Source of the DNA: Candidatus Latescibacterota bacterium
Lineage (GTDB): Bacteria > Latescibacterota > CBDEFO01
Direction: 5' to 3'
NCBI GenBank assembly: GCA_965237525.1
Contig: CBDEFO010000006.1
Location: forward strand, 256,001 to 320,000
Length of the DNA stretch: 64,000 nucleotides
Below the pieces are notes generated by a model. That model worked only from the letters and a program-made list of their open reading frames with translations. It was not told where the DNA came from and did not search any database. Below are positions 21,046-30,936 of the stretch, one piece after another. Position numbers and translations under genes: made by a program. Each line of letters starts with the position of its first letter. The first letter of the stretch is position 1.

Positions 21046-21150
21046 TGGAGAGATGAATATACACGTCAGGGCTGGGATTCCACAGGTGCAGCGCGCCCGT
21101 GTCCGCGCCTGCGGAACCTATTGTCTCCTGCATAAGGATGGAGGCTAAAG

Positions 21151-22200
21151 ATGAAGAGCGGCAAGGTGCGAATCGGCGTAATCGGCGCGGGATGGTGGGC
21201 AAGTTCTAACCACATTCCTGTCTTGAAAAAGCGGGACGATGTGGAGCTCGCAGCGGTCTGCCGGATCGGCATGTCAGAGTTAAAGCGGCTTCAGGATGAG
21301 TTCGGGTTCGAATATATAACTGAGGACTATCAGAAGCTCCTGTCAGAGGTCCAATTAGATGGCGTGGTAGTCGCTTCGCCGCATACCCTGCACTATGAAC
21401 ACGCCACGGCGGCGCTTGAGGCCGGCTGCCACGTGATGTGCGAAAAGCCATTAACGACAAATGCCGACGACGCTCGCGATCTTGTAGCGAGGGCTAAAGA
21501 TAAGAACCTGACCCTTATGATCCCGCACGGCTGGCACTATAAACCCTATATCCAGGAGGCCAAGCGGCGGATGGACGCCGGAGTAGTCGGCAAGATCGAG
21601 GCGATCCATTGCCAGCAGTCATCGCCTATAGTTTCTCTCCTTCGCGGCCAAGAGTTCATCCACGGCGAGATGTTCTTCAAACCCGATAAGGAGACATGGG
21701 CAGATCCAAAGGTCGCAGGCGGAGGCTACGGCCTGGCGAATCTGACGCACGCCCTCGGGATGCTTTTCCTTCTGACTGATCTGAAGCCGAGCAACGTCTA
21801 TGCCCGGACCACCAGCCCCGGCGCAGAGGTGGAGATCAATATTGCCATAAGCGCGGAGTTCGAAGTCGGCGCTATCGGCACGATCTTTGGAACGGCCTTT
21901 GTTCCGGATCAGGCAAGATTCCAGGTGGATGTGCGCGTCTATGGGACAGAGGGGATGCTTATGGTGGACATGGATCGCGCCCGGATGGATGTTCAGAGGT
22001 TCGACGGCGATGACTTTCTGATGGAACTGGACCTGGCCGCCGGAGTCTACAGTTGCGAAGGTCCGCCCAACAATTTTGTGGATCTAATCCTGGGAGTGGA
22101 TGACACCTGCTGGGCGCCCGGCGAGGTGGGTATGAGAGCGATCGAGGTTCTGGACGCTGCCTATCGGTCGGCGCAGTCAGGACGGCCAGAATCCGTGTAG
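21151..22200 (+). CDS. Gfo/Idh/MocA family oxidoreductase
   Basis: IGVIGAGWWA Rossmann motif, VMCEKP, GGGYG; GGAGG RBS. Confidence 0.92.
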   Translation: MKSGKVRIGVIGAGWWASSNHIPVLKKRDDVELAAVCRIGMSELKRLQDEFGFEYITEDYQKLLSEVQLDGVVVASPHTLHYEHATAALEAGCHVMCEKPLTTNADDARDLVARAKDKNLTLMIPHGWHYKPYIQEAKRRMDAGVVGKIEAIHCQQSSPIVSLLRGQEFIHGEMFFKPDKETWADPKVAGGGYGLANLTHALGMLFLLTDLKPSNVYARTTSPGAEVEINIAISAEFEVGAIGTIFGTAFVPDQARFQVDVRVYGTEGMLMVDMDRARMDVQRFDGDDFLMELDLAAGVYSCEGPPNNFVDLILGVDDTCWAPGEVGMRAIEVLDAAYRSAQSGRPESV

Positions 22201-22317
22201 CTAAAACAGGCAGTCACAGGAAATACAAAGAAACAGCGTGTGAATAAAACTGTCTATTCTTATGCTCAGATAAGGAATGAAATTCCCTCGTTCTGATTCC
22301 CTGCTCGTCTACCTAGC
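21999..22317 (+). repeat. Junction repeat copy A (oxidoreductase 3' end + intergenic + YtoQ-gene 5' end)
   Basis: Native 3' end of 21151-22200 followed by a decayed first ~11 codons of the YtoQ gene; homologous to 25044-25360, 26653-27112 and 32227-32545. Confidence 0.92.
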
Positions 22318-22418
22318 GAGTGATAAGTCCTGCTGACAATCTGTAGGAAATGATGTTGAATTGAGGTTTTATACAGGCTATATATAATTGCTACAAAACT
22401 TATGATAATTAGGCCACA
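22318..22418 (+). repeat. ~100-bp AT-rich promoter-like module (second copy 27162-27262)
   Basis: gagt...aagtcctRctgacaatYtgtaggaaatgRtgttgaattg...cttatgataattaggccaca in both; this copy has TTGAAT-17 bp-TATATA. Confidence 0.8.
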
Positions 22419-22540
22419 ACAGAATGATATTTTTAATATTACACGTGTTGTCATAATATTTCAGTGGGGTCTTATATAGCTCAAATAGCTGTATATAGGT
22501 CCTTAGCATAGAAAACTGTATAAGCCCTAGTTCGGCGCCC

Positions 22541-24382
22541 TTGAACGACAACCATTCGAATTCGGTCCGCGAGCCGGATAGAATCACACTGCTTATGAAC
22601 AAACCAACTAAGGTACAAAGTCATGTAAGCCATCGGAAGGGCATGGGCGTGCACTACACGCCAACGCTTCTGGCGCGGTTCGTTGCAGAACGACTCGTAA
22701 CATGCGTGCAACACAGTGGCGGTGGTCCCCTTCGGATTCTGGATCCTGCTTGTGGTGATGGTGCCCTTCTTGAGGCGTTGCTGGCATCTTTGCTGGATGC
22801 CGGCCGGCTCCGTGGCTGTGAGGTCATCGGCGTGGAAGCCGACGAGCGGGTGCTACCAGAAACAGAATCACGGCTTGAGAAGTTCACGCAAGTTCGCTGT
22901 CGGCTGATTCCGGCGGATTTTCTAGACCTTGTTACCAGGCGCCGAGGCCAAGCGGAGCTTTGGGAAACCGACACATCGGATCCTGGCTTCGAGGATGCCT
23001 TCGATATCGTCATTGCTAATCCCCCCTATGTGCGTACTCAAGTCCTGGGTACTGAGAAGGCTCAGCGACTGGCGGTGCGATATGGCCTGACTGGACGCGT
23101 TGATCTCTATCACGTCTTCCTCGTGGCCGCGACGGAGACGATACGGCCCGGGGGGTACATCGGCATCATCACTTCTAATCGGTTTCTTTCGACTCTCGCT
23201 GGAGCGGCGATCCGGGCCTTCTTGGCACACAACTATGAGATCGAGGAGGTGGTCGACTTGGGGGACACCAAGCTTTTTGAGGCTGCCGTGCTTCCTGCAA
23301 TCTTTGTTGGGTGTCGTCGCGAAGACCGTTCCGGACGACACATCCGAACGCAGCCCCGCTTTCTGAAGATCTATTCAGAACCAGATCGGCGTGGTGATAG
23401 CTGCCAGAAGCTGTGGCCCGCCGACGACATCCTGGGAATCCTGAGACAAGGCCAGGCGGGATTGTACCAGACCCCCGAGGGTATATTCAGGCTGACCACG
23501 GGCGATCTGCTTCCCGGTAACGACCCCAAAGGAGTTTGGTCGCTGACAACCCGCAAGGAGGCTGCTTGGCTCTCTCGCGTTCGTAAAGCTGCGTGGAGGC
23601 TCTTCAAAGACATTGCCGTGGTGCGAGTGGGCATAAAGACAACAGCCAACGATGTGTTCATCCGACGCGATTGGGATGTGCTCCCACAAGAAGTGAGACC
23701 GGAGGCGGAACTCCTACGTCCACTATTGAGGCACGAGGACGCGCGGCACTGGTCCATTCCGGACGGAGTGCAACCGACGTCGTGGCGCGTCCTGTATCCG
23801 CACGAGGTGCTTAACGGCATCAGAAGGCCGATTGATCTGAGCCGTTACCCACGCGCCCGGGCATACCTGGAGCAGAATAGGGAGCGGCTGGAGAAACGAC
23901 ACTACGTGATTGAGGCCGGGAGGCAGTGGTACGAGATCTGGGTGCCGCAGGACCCTGAAGCCTGGGGCACTCCAAAGATCGTCTTTCCTGACATTAGTCC
24001 AGAACCGCGTTTCTACTTGGATCATGGCGAATGCCTCGTCGATGGTGACTGTTATTGGATAACCCTACGTCCGGGAACAGCGCCGAGTGTGTTGTATCTC
24101 TTGCTGGCACTCGCCAACTCGTCACTGATGACGCGATTCCATGATCTCGCATTCAATAACAAGTTGTATTCCGGCAGGCGCCGCTACATCACTCAGTACG
24201 TCGGAGAGTACCCGTGTCCTGATCCAGCATTACCGGCTTCTAAAGAAGCTGATCGCTTTGGTGAAGGAAATCGTTCAAGAAACCAAGAGTGGTGCGAATC
24301 AAGCAAAGGTTCAGCTAGCTTACTGGAGAGCTCGAGATACTCGTCCAAGAAGCGTTCGGAATCAATCCTGATGAGCGAGTGA
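22541..24382 (+). CDS. Type II N6-adenine DNA methyltransferase (gamma class, TaqI/Eco57I-like); possible frameshift near the C-terminus
   Basis: GVHYTP, motif I ILDPACGDG, motif IV IANPPY, KIVFPDIS segment; a more protein-like C-terminus (KKLIALVKEIVQ) appears in another frame after ~24240. Confidence 0.88.
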   Translation: MNDNHSNSVREPDRITLLMNKPTKVQSHVSHRKGMGVHYTPTLLARFVAERLVTCVQHSGGGPLRILDPACGDGALLEALLASLLDAGRLRGCEVIGVEADERVLPETESRLEKFTQVRCRLIPADFLDLVTRRRGQAELWETDTSDPGFEDAFDIVIANPPYVRTQVLGTEKAQRLAVRYGLTGRVDLYHVFLVAATETIRPGGYIGIITSNRFLSTLAGAAIRAFLAHNYEIEEVVDLGDTKLFEAAVLPAIFVGCRREDRSGRHIRTQPRFLKIYSEPDRRGDSCQKLWPADDILGILRQGQAGLYQTPEGIFRLTTGDLLPGNDPKGVWSLTTRKEAAWLSRVRKAAWRLFKDIAVVRVGIKTTANDVFIRRDWDVLPQEVRPEAELLRPLLRHEDARHWSIPDGVQPTSWRVLYPHEVLNGIRRPIDLSRYPRARAYLEQNRERLEKRHYVIEAGRQWYEIWVPQDPEAWGTPKIVFPDISPEPRFYLDHGECLVDGDCYWITLRPGTAPSVLYLLLALANSSLMTRFHDLAFNNKLYSGRRRYITQYVGEYPCPDPALPASKEADRFGEGNRSRNQEWCESSKGSASLLESSRYSSKKRSESILMSE

Positions 24383-24383
24383 C

Positions 24384-25007
24384 ATGACGACTCGACGTTC
24401 CTCCATCTCGAAGTCAACTATTGCCAAGAGACAACGCATCCACGACTTGGACTTGGCCGACGGTGATCCTCTCGCAAACGCACCTGCCGACCCGAGCCTA
24501 CTTTTCACCCTCGAGGAGCTTGCCACGCTACTGAAGCCACTGATGAGGATGGACGCTCCAAGAGATGATGGCAATCGAATTCTTGAAGTGCGTCCAAAGG
24601 GGCACTGATTTGAGTTCGAGGTTTCCAAGCATCTTGGATACCATTACCCGCCAGGCTCTGGTCTTTTTCCAGACATTCGTCACCAACTCCTGGAAGTGAA
24701 GCACCATACTGGCAGGTCCGTTACGGTTGACTTCGGTCGACACCATCCGGGATCAGAAGATGTGCCCGACGCGCGGTGGAACGAAAAGGCCCAAGCACGA
24801 ATCTGTGACATTCGGTACTTGATAACGCTAGCTCCTCCTCCTGAGTTCCAAGTTGTGACCATGGTTCTTGCAACTGGTGCAGATATCAATTCCATCTTTG
24901 GCGTGTCACCCACACAGACGATCAAGTATCAGATGGGTATCTCGAAGCGATGGCGAGACGAGCACGTCGGCAAGATCCTTGTGTCTGGGCGCGAGTTCCG
25001 TGGATAG
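24384..25007 (+). pseudogene. Putative cognate PD-(D/E)xK restriction endonuclease split by an in-frame TGA
   Basis: 24384-24608 and 24696-25007 share a frame; read-through gives KGH*FEFEVSK...FPDIRHQLLEVK; directly follows the MTase. Confidence 0.7.
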
Positions 25008-25043
25008 GCAACGCTTCAGATGGGGAGATGGGGCGCCGAACCC

Positions 25044-25360
25044 GTTCGAAGGCAATGCTTTTTGATGGAATTGGACCCGGCAGCCGGAGTCTACGGTTGC
25101 GAAGACCCGCCCAACAATTTTGTGGATCTCATCTTAGGGGTGGACGACACCTGCTGGGTGCCCGGCGAGGTGGGTATGAGAGCGATCGAGGTTCTGGACG
25201 CTGCCTATGCTCGGCGCAGTCTGGACGGTCAGAATCCGTCTAAATAAAGCAGGCAGTTACAGGAAATACAAAGAAATAAAGTGTGAATAAAACTGACTAT
25301 TCTTATATTCAGATAAGAACTGAAAATGGCCCGTTCTGATTCCCTGCTCGTCTATCTGGC
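25044..25360 (+). repeat. Junction repeat copy B
   Basis: Encodes MELDPAAGVYGCEDPPNNFVDLILGVDDTCWVPGEVGMRAIEVLDAAY, then the intergenic block and ATGGCCCGTTCTGATTCCCTGCTCGTCTATCTGGC. Confidence 0.92.
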
Positions 25361-25520
25361 CGCACCTGATCCGCGACGTTGGCGATCTGGATAGCCACGG
25401 GCCTCACATATTCCCGGCGACTAATTGCGTGACACCGCCGGGCCAGGAACACACAGCACACCCTGACCGCGCTGCTGCGTCAGTCGATCTGCAGCCGACT
25501 GCGCGACGCCACCCAAGGGG

Positions 25521-25990
25521 ATGCTAGCCATGATCGATTTCAGCCAGGATCGGCCTCCGGAGACGACCGACGAGCGCATCAAAGCGCTGCGCTCGCTGGC
25601 CCGTCTGGAGAAAGAAATGGACTATCTTGACGAGCGCGTTTCGGAAGCGGAACTGCCGCCGCCGCAGGTTGAGGGGGAGCGCTATGAGGACGACGTGCCC
25701 GATACGTTGGACCTGACCGTCCACGCGCAATACGCCATCAACGCTTACACGCGAATGCTCGACCCGGCGATGGACTACCGGTTCCACGGTAACGCGCGTT
25801 TCCTGAGCCGTCCGCCGCGCCTGTCCCTCAGTCCCTCCTTCGAGTGCACCGCCAAGCATCTCGAGTCCCTGCCGCTGATGCGCCTGATGAGCGGCAGCAC
25901 GTTCAACATCGACATCGATAACAAGTTCATGCAGAGCCGCTTGCATCTGACGGCGGCCGACGGATTCGGCTACTGCCCGGGGAGCAAAGC
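25521..25990 (+). pseudogene. Truncated hypothetical protein fragment
   Basis: GC-rich ORF (YEDDVPDTLDL...KHLESLPLMRLMSGS) cut off at an attC-like half site. Confidence 0.5.
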
Positions 25991-26031
25991 AGGTGATCCA
26001 TACGTTAGCCGGACTTTCTCTGGAGGCGCGG

Positions 26032-26658
26032 ATGACGACAGAGAGACTAATTAAACTAGCCGGCGTGGCCCTGATCGGTAGTGGGATCCTCGCCACGATT
26101 GGGTTCTCGGTCCACCCGCATGACTCATCCGGATCGAATCACGTCATGTGGCTCTTTGGCCACATCCTGATCGTCCTTGGCTTCCTTATGAACTTCCTGG
26201 GCTTGGTTGGGCTGTACAGCGCAACTGCCAAGAACGTGGGTGCCTTTGGCTTCGGGGGTTTCCTTGTCGCCTGCGTGAGCCTAGTCCTCTACCTCGGCAA
26301 ATTGTACTGGTCAGGTTTCATCTATCCGCTCGTCATAGCGCAGCACCCGGAGTTCATTTCTGAGTATGGCTTCAACCCCGGCTCGGATCCAGCGGATCCG
26401 GTTGTGAGAATGGTGTTCTATCTAGGCCCGATTCTTTTCGCTGTGGGCTATGCCGTCTTCGGACTGGCTCTTCTAAAGGCTCGCACGTTCCCGGCGATGC
26501 CTGTTTGCCTTGTAGTCGCGGGTTCCTTGCTGCTTGGGGTTTGGCCGTTGCTCCCTGCTGTGATTCAGCACCTTAGTGTCTTCGTATCGTTGGTGTACAC
26601 CTTAGGGATCGCCTGGCTGGGATACCTCCTGGCAGCGGGAAGGTACAGTCTGAGTTGA
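26032..26658 (+). CDS. Integral membrane protein (about 6 TM), cassette-like
   Basis: Multiple hydrophobic helices; preceded by a GTTAGCC core-site-like motif and GGAGG RBS. Confidence 0.75.
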   Translation: MTTERLIKLAGVALIGSGILATIGFSVHPHDSSGSNHVMWLFGHILIVLGFLMNFLGLVGLYSATAKNVGAFGFGGFLVACVSLVLYLGKLYWSGFIYPLVIAQHPEFISEYGFNPGSDPADPVVRMVFYLGPILFAVGYAVFGLALLKARTFPAMPVCLVVAGSLLLGVWPLLPAVIQHLSVFVSLVYTLGIAWLGYLLAAGRYSLS

Positions 26659-27112
26659 AGGAGGCCGACCAATAACTTCGTGGAACTTATCCTGGGAAAT
26701 GATGACACCTGCTGGGCGCCCGGCGAGGCGGGTATGAGAGCGATCGAGGTTCTGGACGCTGCGTACCGCTCGGCACTGTCTGGACGGCCAGAACCCGTCT
26801 AACTAAAGCAGGCAGTCACAGGAAATACAAAGAAATAAAGTGTGCATAAAACTGTCTTTCTTATATTGAGATAAGAACTGAAAATGGCTCGTTCTGATTC
26901 CCTGCTCGTCTACCTGCCCGGGCACATCCACGGCGGGTGGCGCGAGCTATGAAGACTGTGTGATGAGCGCAACCTTCCGGTCATCTTCAAAGGCCCCTCT
27001 TAGGACAACGCCCCAAGCGACGCATAGGCGTCCAAATCGGGAGTATTACCGAAGCCTATGTCGGATCCAGAGGCTTCCCGTCCAGAGTCAGGAATGACCT
27101 GGGTGGAAGGAT
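26653..27112 (+). repeat. Junction repeat copy C, with a longer decayed YtoQ-gene fragment
   Basis: Matches the oxidoreductase 3' end, the intergenic block and about 75 codons of the YtoQ gene with stops and indels. Confidence 0.92.
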
Positions 27113-27265
27113 ATCAAAACAACAATGATTTATACTCACGTTCTAAACCGTGGTGGAAAGGGAGTAGTAAGTCCTACTGACAATTTGTAGGAAATGGTGT
27201 TGAATTGGGGTTTTATACAGTCTGTATATAATCTCTACAAGACTTATGATAATTAGGCCACAGCG

Positions 27266-27709
27266 GACCTTGCCGCTGCCGATGGCGATCAGTCAATGGT
27301 CGTTCATGACGCTGCAAAACAAGCTGATCAAGATCGAGGGGAAAGTGGTCCGCCACCTTCGCTACGTCACGTTCCAGATGACGGAGGTGCCCGTAGCGCG
27401 AGCTATTCAGGGCGATTCTTGAGAGGATTCAACAGTCGGGGTCGCCGCTGCTGTGGGGTTACCGGGATGAGGGGTAACGTTCCCGGTACGATATCGATGT
27501 GTAAACAACCGCGTAGCGGTCTGTCCGGATATGTACTCAGGAGCCTTGTAACAGCAAGAACACCAAGGGATCACGGGTCATTATGGCTAGCTGTCGATTG
27601 GACAGCGGATGCCTTGAAGCATTCGCGGATCCGTGGTCAAATGCTAGCATCCTGATATCTAGCAACGTGAGGAGCGCGACTTGCAAACCGGCTATCTGGG
27701 AAATCCCGG
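27266..27709 (+). mobile_element. IS1380-family remnant (transposase C-terminus and putative right end)
   Basis: WSFMTLQNKLIKIEGKVVRHLRYVTFQMTEV resembles IS1380 C-termini; tatctgggaaatcccgg at 27693-27709 looks like an IS end. Confidence 0.65.
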
Positions 27710-27724
27710 AACTATATCTGCGAA

Positions 27725-29054
27725 ATGCAAAGGAGGCCGACGGTAGATTTATTGACAAACAAGAATATCGACGAGGTTCAAATGCCTGAGAATGTCGCCT
27801 TGTCCATGAAAGTCACCATGTTCCGCCTGAAGTGCGCCCAGATGGGATGCACTTACGATTACGCCCATTTCGCGTTCGGGGGCTCCCCCTTTCCCGTCCC
27901 GGACGGCGTGCAAGAAGCGTTGAGGCAGCATAGCGGCGCAGGAGAATATCTGCCGCCGGTCGGGATCGAGCCTCTCAGAAGGCAGATTTCCAAATTCTGG
28001 GGGAATCATTTCAATCTCGACATCGATCCGAACCGTGTTGTCGTCATGCCCGGGTCGAAGCAGGCGATCTACCAGATCCTCGCGTTGTTCCAGGGGCCTA
28101 TGATCCTGCCGCAACCTTCCTGGGTGGGTTACCTGCCGATCGCCCAGCTTTTGAACAAGGAGATCGTTAGGCTTCCCACGCCTGCGGACAACGGCTACCG
28201 GATCACCGCCGAACAGATTGGCCGATGTGGCCAAGAAGATGGATGCTCCCCAGAGCATCCTGATTTTGAACTCCCCGCACAATCCCACCGGTGCCGTTTA
28301 CACGGACGGCGAGCTACGGGCATTCGTCGACGTTTGTCGCAAATACAACGTCCTCGTGCTCTCCGATGAGATCTACTCGCTCCTCGCATACGACGCCGAC
28401 GGCTTCACGAGCGTGGCGAAGCTCTACCCGGAGGGGACGTTCGTCACCAATGGAGTCTCGAAGCACGCCGGCGCCGGCGGCTATCGGCTAGGGTTCGCGA
28501 TTCTGCCCGACAACTCCACCGAAGAGCAGGTCTTGAACTTTCAGAAGGTGGGTGCAGCCATCTACACCAATGCGAGTGCTCCGATTCAGTTCGCGGCCAT
28601 CGCCGCTTTCGGCCTCGACGAAGAGATGACGCGCTACATCGAGGCCCAGCGTGACATACATCGCATCATGACAACGGATTTGGCCCGGCGATTTCGGGAG
28701 CTCGAAGGCGTCGATGTCACGACACCCCAAGGGTCCTTCTACTTTTTCGCGGACTTCGAAGGCCTGCGCGACAAGCTGGCCCCGTACGGCATCCAGACGG
28801 GTGTGGAGCTGGGAGACCTTCTCTACGGTCACCCGCACCACATTGCCATGGTGGCAGGGGAGTATTTGATGATGCCGCCCGAGAGCCTCACGTTCCGCGT
28901 CGCAAGTGTCGACTACGACGGGAACCAGGCGATGAAGGCCTACCTCGAGGAGCCACCGAAGGGGGCAGGCGACGAACGGGCGTTCGTGGAGAGTAACGCA
29001 CATCGCCTTCTGATGGGAGTGGAGCGCCTCCGCCGGTGGATCGAATCTCTGTGA
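27725..29054 (+). pseudogene. Class I/II PLP-dependent aminotransferase, frameshifted near 28220
   Basis: PGSKQAIY...PSWVGY in the first frame; LNSPHNPTG, SDEIY, SKHAGAGGYRLG in the second. Confidence 0.8.
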
Positions 29055-29129
29055 GAAAAGACGTTACGAAGAAAGAGCTTGCAATGACGTAGGTATCGCG
29101 TCATTCAGTCCTTTGGATCGAGGGTTATG

Positions 29130-29335
29130 GGCCCGTGCGAGGACCACGCCCGAAGCGACGCCATAGGCGTCGAAATAGCGGGCATTACCGAAGCCGATGT
29201 CGTATCCTCTGGCTTCCCGTCCAGAGGCAGCAGCTGCTCGCGGCGGATGCCCTATTGGTGCCGTCATGGTTACAAATGGTGAAATCATCGCTCGGGACGG
29301 GAACAGGATAGTTGAGTCGAAGGATCCTACGGCAC
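29130..29335 (+). pseudogene. Internal YtoQ-gene fragment (copy D, 29130-29226) fused to a TadA-like deaminase fragment
   Basis: gaggaccacgcccgaagcgacgccataggc matches the YtoQ gene; then EAAAARGGCPIGAVMVTNGEIIARDGNR...DPTA, lacking the HAE motif. Confidence 0.7.
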
Positions 29336-29511
29336 AGCAGCTCCGTTTCACTCCGGCGCCGTCGTGTATGGCCGAGGACCCGGACGGACTGTCGCTGCGC
29401 ACTATTCACTACAATAGACGGCACCCGTCTCAAGACTCGCTATCGTGGAATCATTCACTATATTTGTCACTGACGCGCGGACCGAACACTCCCAAGGAAA
29501 GGAGTAGAGCT

Positions 29512-30249
29512 ATGTCAGGAATCGAACCCGCATCCCGATTGACCCGCTTGAGCGGTGCCAGGATCGGACTTCTGGATCCGGGAAAGCGTACTTCAGCAGC
29601 CGTTCTCGAGGCGGTAGGGGAACGGCTCGGAGGAGAGTATGACGCGAATGTGGTCGGACCGTGGAGGAAGTCATCTCCCTACCGGGTCTGCTCGAAGAAG
29701 CTTCTGGAGGAGATCGTTCACCGGTGCGATGGGCTTGTGATGGGAGTCGTGGACTGATGCGGCGCCAGTTCGTGCAGTTTGCACGATATGCTGGAGTTCG
29801 AGTTGAGAGGCATCCCGACCGCCTATATCACGGCCTCTGGAAGGGTTCCAATGATCGAACGCGATGGTGATGGGTTCAGGCTGTCGCATGCGACGGGGAG
29901 CTATCTAGTAGAGGGATGGGAGGACTCCGGCCAACAGTCTGACGGCGTGCATCGCAGGCTGGTCCACTTCGGGGTACACCGCAGGATGCGGATGAGCGGG
30001 GTGAAGGAGGGAGACACGGTCCGCTACGGCAGCAGGGAGCTGCGATGGGAATATCCTCGAAAGGAGCTGGAGTCCAGAGTCAGGCCCGCCGGAGCCGGCG
30101 CCTGGTCGAGCACCTTTGACGGCGTTGCAGGCTACAGGAGTATCGAACTGCGGGCGTACGCTGCACCCGTGGAAGGCGATGAATTCAATGAAAGTGTGGC
30201 GGAGGCTGTCCCGCAGTTGGTGTCGATTCTGACGGGCGGGAAGGCGTGA
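29512..30249 (+). CDS. Putative UGSC-family selenoprotein (Sec at TGA 29755-29757)
   Basis: AAAGGAG RBS; the two ORFs are in frame across one TGA: ..VVD-U-CGASSCSLHDMLEFELRGIPT; hairpin 29770-29786. Confidence 0.72.
29770..29786 (+). promoter_or_regulatory. Putative bacterial SECIS hairpin
   Basis: TCGTGCA-GTT-TGCACGA perfect 7-bp stem starting 12 nt after the UGA, loop beginning GU. Confidence 0.6.
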
Positions 30250-30255
30250 GGTCAC

Positions 30256-30823
30256 TTGGTCGATGCAACGATTAGCCAACACGGAAGAGTCGACATCCTG
30301 GTAAACAATGCGGGGTTTCAGCATGTCTCGCCGCTTGAGGATTTTCCAGAAGAAAAATGGGATCAAATGTTGAGAGTGATGCTGACAGCGCCCTTTCTGC
30401 TGACCAAATATGTGTGGCCCTACATGAAAACTCAAGAATGGGGTCGTGTTGTGAACATCGCCTCAATACATGAAATGGTTGCTTCCCAGAACAAGGTTGG
30501 ATGTATCTCAGTCAAACCATGGTCTAATAGGATTGACCCGTACGGCCGCCCTTGAAGGTGGGGCTCATGGGATAACCGTAAATGCCCCTTGTCCAGCCTA
30601 TGTACGGACTCCCTTAGTTGAAAACCAAATCGCCGATCAGGCCAGAATACACCAGATTCGTGAAGAAGAGGTAGTGGCGGACATCATGCTCAAATCAGCC
30701 GCCATAAAGAAACTAATAGAACCAAAGGAAGTTGCCGACCTTGTGCTCTATCTTTGTTCTGAAAAAGGCGTATCGATAACTGGAGCATGTTGGACGATTG
30801 ATTGTGGCTGGACAGCACAATAA
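30256..30823 (+). pseudogene. 3-hydroxybutyrate dehydrogenase-like SDR, 5'-truncated and frameshifted
   Basis: [20 protein letters not shown], then [14 protein letters not shown]...YVRTPLV in another frame; Rossmann N-terminus missing. Confidence 0.8.
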
Positions 30824-30843
30824 CAGAGTACCCTCAACAAGCG

Positions 30844-30904
30844 GGCTAACAAACCGGATGCAGGGGACGGCAAATAGACGCGCCGCCGAGGCTAGTCGTT
30901 AGAA
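30844..30904 (+). other. attC-like integron recombination site (degenerate)
   Basis: GGCTAAC...ccggatgcaggggacggcaaatag...GTTAGAA, about 60 bp, between a stop codon and the next gene. Confidence 0.55.
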
Positions 30905-30936
30905 TCCTGAACGGACGATGAAAGGAACATGGAGTC

